A stretch of DNA of 64,000 bases, from the NCBI GenBank assembly GCA_963768655.1, contig CAVYIM010000003.1, forward strand, positions 256,001 to 320,000. Direction: 5' to 3'. The notes under the pieces were generated by a model, which searched no databases, was not told where the DNA came from, and saw only the letters and a list, made by a program, of their open reading frames with translations. This DNA is from an uncultured Chloroflexia bacterium. Lineage in GTDB: Bacteria > Chloroflexota > Limnocylindria > Limnocylindrales > CSP1-4. The position numbers and the translations under genes were made by a program. This document shows positions 59,801 to 64,000 of this stretch, one piece after another; position 1 is the first letter of the stretch; each line of letters opens with the position of its first letter.

Positions 59801-60868
59801 CCTACCGAAGCGGTCGCAGTCACCGGCAACCTCACCGTCGTGAACCAGGGCTCCTACGGCTACCTGAGCCTGACTCCGAGCAAGCCCGCCGGCACGCCCA
59901 CGACGTCGACGCTCAACTTCCCCAAGGGCGACATCAGGGCGGACGCCGTGACTGTTCCGCTGGGTGCGGGCGGAAAGCTGTGGGTCACGTTCGTCGGCGT
60001 TTCAGGCAAGAAGGCGGACATGGTCTTCGACGTCACGGGCTATTTCGTCGCGAACACGAGCGGCGCAACCTACCTGCCGCTCACGCCGAACCGGGTGCTG
60101 GACTCGCGCCAGCCCACGAGGCTTGGCATGTCGGCATCGCTTACGTCCGGCACGCCGGCGAGCTTCCAGGTGACCGGGCTGTCGGCCGATGCCCGGCTGA
60201 AGGTCCCCTCCAATGCCCTGGCGATCGTCGGTAACCTGACCGCGGTGAACGAGAGCTCGGGCGGCTACTTCACCGTGACTCCGGCCCGGCCCGCCGGCCT
60301 GCCTGAGACCTCGACGCTCAACTTCCCCAGAGGCGACATCCGGGCCAATTCGGTGACCGTGCCACTGGGCGCCGGCGGCGTGCTGTGGGTCACCTTCGAA
60401 GGCACGGCCGGCGCGCATGCGGACGTGGTCTTCGACGTGACCGGCTGCTTCGTCCCGAACACGAGCGGGGCGACCTACGTTGCCCTGACACCGAACCGTC
60501 TGGTCGACTCGCGCGCGCCCACACATCTGGGCCTAACGTCGTCTCTAACCTCAAAGGTTCCGGCTCCGTTCGGAGTCACAGGCCGATCGGCCGACGCTGC
60601 GCTGGATGTGCCCGCGGACGCGGTAGCGGTGACGGGTAACCTGACTGCAGTCGGTGCGACCTCCGCCGGCTACTTCTCCCTGACCCCGGACGCTCCGAGC
60701 GGCCCGCCCACGACGTCGACGCTCAACTTCCCGAAAGAGGACACGCGAGCCAACGCGGTCACGATTCCGTTGGGGCAAGACGGCGTGCTGTGGGTCACCT
60801 TCGTCGGCACCACGAGGACTCATGCCGATGTCGTGTTCGACGTCTCGGGCTACTTCACGATGAACTGA
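56888..60868 (+). CDS. Secreted zinc metallopeptidase-like protein with FN3 repeats and three C-terminal PNRLxDSR...FDVTGYF modules
   Basis: Signal peptide; HELGHNLGLDH; four FN3-like repeats; GGAGG RBS; AQAPATP repeats. Confidence 0.9.
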   Translation: MTLARLIRVAVALTAVVALTAPAAAWGAEPAGKASTDIASAQAPATPAQAPATPAQVSATLAQAPAAPVESSAVPAAASPDEAAPAQASVALVQSWATPAPPARSADSDAVSLTGTLRLTIADDFEDGSSQTAYSIDNAAGSTPITVSGTGVDQLDGALVHVSGRRLADGSVAVQAGSIVVEKTAAANPDAAALGFESQADGASPAAAKTQTIAVIVADYSDLAGYPVTVAQAQSTFTSSSASVHSYFNATSRGRLNTTTTVLGPWHLGIKQCPGGATSWSLAASISAAFTAATAHGYNLNSYDHVVLWTKAPCQQTWAGTAQMPGKYVQIDVEWATYTSDEPAVSTMVASHELGHNLGLDHSNGLGCFDASGNQVELVGKCTSYEYMDEYTTMGMAGAPDHALLDADRLDSLGWLDPSKSRTVTAVGTYSLVPVYSSTPGVRLLRIARPTAVVAGGQSGAWTLELRSTLTGTAWDQFAGLPYSAVTTGVTIRYSEDEFRAEGVPGQSYLIDTVADGSETDGISFWDAPLQPGNTFTDPIGGLTITVDSVGASGASVTIGDTMAPTAPLSLEATAIPTGGAELDWQAATDNLGLAHYAIYRDGTKIGEVSATTLTYTDPPAGFGGLHTYAVAAVDTAGLQGALATASVTLVPPPSAPLSVTATPGNGAALVKWSAPAQGAPITGYEVTSQPGGRTCSTTGATSCIVAGLSNGTPYRFTVTATNSVGTGPASSASGPVTPLPVPGRPTAVSGVPGDTSVAVTWTAPGDSGSSPIDGYTVTSSPGGKTCTAGLTPGCTVSQLNDGVPYTFTVTAANSLGAGLPSAPSSAVTPRTHPNPPAGVQAVASNGSALVSWGPPPFDGGSPVTSYDVVSTPGGLRCHTVGARSCTVSGLTNRVTYTFKVTATNVAGTSGPSAASPGVMPLAGATYVTVTPNRLVDSRAGTRLGLTASLSNRVPVSFQVTGRSADPSLNIPTEAVAVTGNLTVVNQGSYGYLSLTPSKPAGTPTTSTLNFPKGDIRADAVTVPLGAGGKLWVTFVGVSGKKADMVFDVTGYFVANTSGATYLPLTPNRVLDSRQPTRLGMSASLTSGTPASFQVTGLSADARLKVPSNALAIVGNLTAVNESSGGYFTVTPARPAGLPETSTLNFPRGDIRANSVTVPLGAGGVLWVTFEGTAGAHADVVFDVTGCFVPNTSGATYVALTPNRLVDSRAPTHLGLTSSLTSKVPAPFGVTGRSADAALDVPADAVAVTGNLTAVGATSAGYFSLTPDAPSGPPTTSTLNFPKEDTRANAVTIPLGQDGVLWVTFVGTTRTHADVVFDVSGYFTMN

Positions 60869-60981
60869 GCCCGGGCGGGGCGAGCCGGCCGCGGGCGACA
60901 GCGGCCCCAGCGACCGTGGCAGCCGGCACTTCAGCTGCGCCGAGCTACGCGCCGCCTGCCCGCTCGCATTCCCGGTCACGC

Positions 60982-61209
60982 TCACGGCCGGGGGCGCTTC
61001 TCCCGCCGATCGCCTCGGGTCCCCGGCTCCGGCGCCGATGCCTCTTCGGCCGGCCCCACCTGTTCGGCGCGCCGTCGCTGAACGTCGAGCACCTGCTTGA
61101 ACTGCTTCGCCAGGCCGGTGCGCATCCCCGCCCGCGTCCGCGCTTCCGCGTCGCGATCGCGCCGCCTCTCCCGGGCTGCCTCGGCGGGCGGAAGCTCGTC
61201 CTCGTCCAT
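60982..61209 (-). CDS. Small hypothetical protein
   Basis: GGAGA RBS; charged helical sequence MDEDELPP...GMRTGLAKQFKQVLDVQRRRA. Confidence 0.45.
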   Translation of the reverse strand: MDEDELPPAEAARERRRDRDAEARTRAGMRTGLAKQFKQVLDVQRRRAEQVGPAEEASAPEPGTRGDRREKRPRP

Positions 61210-61278
61210 TCTCTCCGGCTCTCGATCTGGCTCCGGGTGCCGGACCATGTTCGAGCGACCTGCTACGATCCGGCACAG

Positions 61279-61656
61279 ATGGAACTCTACGGCGTCCGCA
61301 TCCCCACGATCGTCACCGACAACGTCGCCGCCCGCTGTGCCGGCTGCGGCGAGATCATCGAAGGCACGCCCTGGCGCATCAGCATCCTGGACATCGTGGC
61401 GCCGGAGGCGCCGGTGTCATGGACTGAGACCGCCGACCTGAACCCCGGTCCGTTCGAGTTCCACAGCGAGCCGAGCCACGTGCTGACGTGGATGTCCGCG
61501 CGCGGCGTGCTCTTCTGCCGTCGTTCCCAGATCCGCGAGATCATGAGACCGGTCTGGTTGCCAGTCGAGCCGCGCCGGCTGGGATTGTGCGACGGTCTGC
61601 ATCGCGACGACCACGAGTTCGTGGAACCGGGCGCCGTTGCGGCCATTCGAAGCTGA
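61279..61656 (+). CDS. Hypothetical Cys/His-rich (putative Zn-binding) protein
   Basis: CAGC, FH..P.H, FCRR, CDGLHRDDHEF; 6 nt upstream of galU. Confidence 0.75.
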   Translation: MELYGVRIPTIVTDNVAARCAGCGEIIEGTPWRISILDIVAPEAPVSWTETADLNPGPFEFHSEPSHVLTWMSARGVLFCRRSQIREIMRPVWLPVEPRRLGLCDGLHRDDHEFVEPGAVAAIRS

Positions 61657-61662
61657 GGGCAA

Positions 61663-62541
61663 ATGCGAGTACGCAAGGCGGTCTTTCCGGCGGCGGGTTG
61701 GGGAACCCGCTTTCTTCCAGCTACCAAGGCCCAGCCAAAGGAGATGCTCCCGCTCGTCGACAAGCCGGTCATCCAGTACGCTGTCGAGGAGGCGGTCGCG
61801 GCCGGCATAGAGCAGGTCATCATCGTTACCAGCAGCCAGAAGCGCGCGATCGAAGACCATTTCGACCTGAACCTGGAGCTCGAGCAGCTCCTGGAGTCTC
61901 GCGGCGACATCGAGATGCTGCGGCAAATTCGCGCCATCTCGGACCTGGCCCAGATCTCCTACGTGCGCCAGAAGGAGCAACTCGGCCTGGGCCATGCGGT
62001 CCTCGTGGCCAAGGAGCTCGTCGGCCACGAACCATTCGCGGTGATCCTCTCGGACGACGTCGTGGTGGGCGAGCGGCCGTGCATCGGCCAGCTCATCCAT
62101 GCCTATCTTCAGACCCACTCGTCGGTCGTGGCCGTGACCGAGGTTCCGCACGACGAGACTTGCCGCTACGGCATCATCGACGGTCATCTTGCCGACGGCG
62201 GCCTGGATCCGCACCTGTACAAGCTTTCTGGCCTGGTCGAGAAGCCCGACCCGGCCGATGCGCCATCGGATCTCGCTGTCATCGGCCGCTACATCCTGAC
62301 CCCCAAGATATTCGACAAGCTCGAGCAGACGCAGCGCGGCGCCGGCGGCGAGATCCAGCTGACGGACGCAATCGAGGCCTTGATGCAGGAGCAGGACGTC
62401 TACGGGTATGCGTTCGAGGGCAAGCGCTACGACGCCGGCACAACAATGGGTTGGCTGAAGGCGTCCGTAGAGCTGGCGATGCATCGCCAGGACATTGGCG
62501 GGGAGTTCAGGCGATACTTGCAGGGGCTCGATCTGAGCTAG
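61663..62541 (+). CDS. galU: UTP--glucose-1-phosphate uridylyltransferase
   Basis: KAVFPAAGWGTRFLPATKAQPKEMLP, LGLGHAV, VEKP, GEIQLTDA. Confidence 0.96.
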   Translation: MRVRKAVFPAAGWGTRFLPATKAQPKEMLPLVDKPVIQYAVEEAVAAGIEQVIIVTSSQKRAIEDHFDLNLELEQLLESRGDIEMLRQIRAISDLAQISYVRQKEQLGLGHAVLVAKELVGHEPFAVILSDDVVVGERPCIGQLIHAYLQTHSSVVAVTEVPHDETCRYGIIDGHLADGGLDPHLYKLSGLVEKPDPADAPSDLAVIGRYILTPKIFDKLEQTQRGAGGEIQLTDAIEALMQEQDVYGYAFEGKRYDAGTTMGWLKASVELAMHRQDIGGEFRRYLQGLDLS

Positions 62542-62625
62542 CCTGCCCCAACGGACCGGCCGCGCCGGCCCGGGGTGGTTGACAGAGCTCCGGCGAAACC
62601 GGAGCCGGCATGTTGAGGAACTTCC

Positions 62626-64000
62626 GTGGCCGAGATCGGACAGGTGATCGCAGGGCGCTACCGGCTCCTCGAGCTGCGTGGCGAAGACGCAGTCTCGACC
62701 GTCTTCCGCGCCAGCGACACCGAGAATGGGCGCGTCGTCGCCGTCAGAGTGTTGCGCCCCGAGATCGGCACCGATGCGGACTTCATGGCCGAGTTCCGCC
62801 TCGCAATGCGAGCCGCGGCCGGCCTGGACCATCCCAACCTCGTCGCCATCTACGATTTCGGGGCGGATGGCTCTGACGCGTTCATCGCCACCGAGTTCAT
62901 CGATGGCCAGGAGCTGGGCTCGCTCCTGGCTCGCAACGGGCCCGTTCCTCCGCGCCGGGCCGCGAGCGTCGCGAGTGTCGTGGCAGCGGCCGTGGCCGCG
63001 GCCCACGAGCGCGGCATAGTCCACGGCGGCGTTCGGTCCGGCAGCGTTCTGGTCACCCGGGACGGGCAGATAAAGCTCGCGGATCTCGGTCTCGCTCGCG
63101 CCCTGGCCGAAGCTTCGCAGCGGCCGGCGCTCTCCGTCGAAGAGGCGTGGTACCAGAGCCCCGAACAGGCCCGGGGACGCCGCGCCACTGACGCGTCGGA
63201 CATATATGCCCTGGGCGTGCTGCTGTTCGAGCTATGCACCGGCCGCGGACCGTGGGAGGGCGCCACGGCCGACGCCGTGGCGAGGGCCCGCCTGGCGAAA
63301 CCCAACCCGGTTCCGTCCGACTTCCAGGGCGGCGTTCCGGCGGAGATCGAAGCCATCGACCGCAAGGCGATGGCGGTCGACCCAACCAGACGATTCGACT
63401 CGGCCGGGGCACTCGCCGACGCGCTCGAGGCCACGATCGCGCGGCTCGATGCCCAGGTCTCGATGCAGGCCGAAGACGAGGCGGAGGCCCAGCCGGAACC
63501 GCCGAGCAAGGCCGTCGTTGCGCCCGAGCCGGAGCCCCGGCCCGAACAATACGCCAGGCCGGTCACGCCACCGGTCCCGGTCGTACCGGCCGCTCCACCG
63601 ATCCAGCCCGCCCCGGTCGTGCGCCCCGCGACGCCACCGCCGGTCCCGCCGACTGCACCGCTCCTCCGTCGCCCAAACCCGACCGCCCATGTCACGTACG
63701 CCCCCGATGCGTACGCCGACGGCCCGGCACTGGACGACGACCAGGCCGCGGCCGCCCGCGGCCGAAGCGGCTACTCTCCGGACGGCATGGCCAACCGGGT
63801 GACGCGCCGCATCAATCCGGTCGAGCCGGAGTCCGAGCAGTTCGAGGATGATGCGCCCCCGCCGAGTACCTGGGCCTGGGTGGCGGGTTTCCTGGCTCTC
63901 TTCCTGGTCACTCTCATCGGCTTGACCATCTACTTGCTGATCAGCCGCGGTTCGTCGGGCTCGACGGTGTACGCCCCGAACCTCGTCAACGTCCCCTACA
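62626..64000 (+). CDS. PknB-like Ser/Thr kinase-fold membrane protein (pseudokinase); runs off the window end
   Basis: Hand translation from GTG 62626: GRYRLLEL, LDHPNLVAIYD, KLADLGLARA, YQSPEQARG, SDIYALGVLLFE, Pro-rich linker, TM, then APNLVNVP (PASTA-like start). Confidence 0.88.
   Translation, partial: MAEIGQVIAGRYRLLELRGEDAVSTVFRASDTENGRVVAVRVLRPEIGTDADFMAEFRLAMRAAAGLDHPNLVAIYDFGADGSDAFIATEFIDGQELGSLLARNGPVPPRRAASVASVVAAAVAAAHERGIVHGGVRSGSVLVTRDGQIKLADLGLARALAEASQRPALSVEEAWYQSPEQARGRRATDASDIYALGVLLFELCTGRGPWEGATADAVARARLAKPNPVPSDFQGGVPAEIEAIDRKAMAVDPTRRFDSAGALADALEATIARLDAQVSMQAEDEAEAQPEPPSKAVVAPEPEPRPEQYARPVTPPVPVVPAAPPIQPAPVVRPATPPPVPPTAPLLRRPNPTAHVTYAPDAYADGPALDDDQAAAARGRSGYSPDGMANRVTRRINPVEPESEQFEDDAPPPSTWAWVAGFLALFLVTLIGLTIYLLISRGSSGSTVYAPNLVNVPY

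Overview
High-GC bacterial chromosome segment. The gene content suggests a monoderm soil or freshwater lineage such as Chloroflexota or Actinomycetota, but taxonomy cannot be fixed from this window. The left core-like arm (1-8.7 kb) holds an FAH-family/tdh/kbl threonine-catabolism operon, a LacI regulator with a GH13 glycosidase and two more genes, and then tRNA-Glu(UUC) at 8707-8783. From the tRNA to about 49-50.5 kb lies a ~41 kb accessory zone of unrelated, mostly secreted or membrane genes, many gene fragments, a complete IS256 (8-bp target duplication) inserted in an IS5-like relic, and a decayed tyrosine-integrase fragment. The right core-like arm holds an aromatic amino acid ammonia-lyase with an Ala-Cys-Gly MIO motif, a DUF5666 protein, DipZ, a large secreted HExxH/FN3 protein, galU and a PknB-like pseudokinase. 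The main unexplained signal is a recurring ~90-bp two-part site: a left arm GGCGTAGTAC..GAATCCG-N21, a central CC, and a right arm N12-GATCTCGGCGCGAC. It appears whole or as half-sites at about 8.85, 8.95, 9.57, 10.45, 34.13, 36.55, 37.67 and 49.0 kb. At 10.47 kb its left arm is joined, at the CC, to an exact copy of the tRNA-Glu 3' end followed by a ~735-bp duplication. This looks like a tRNA-anchored, integron-like array of recombinase-free gene cassettes. No intact recombinase is present in the window, so the mechanism is inferred.
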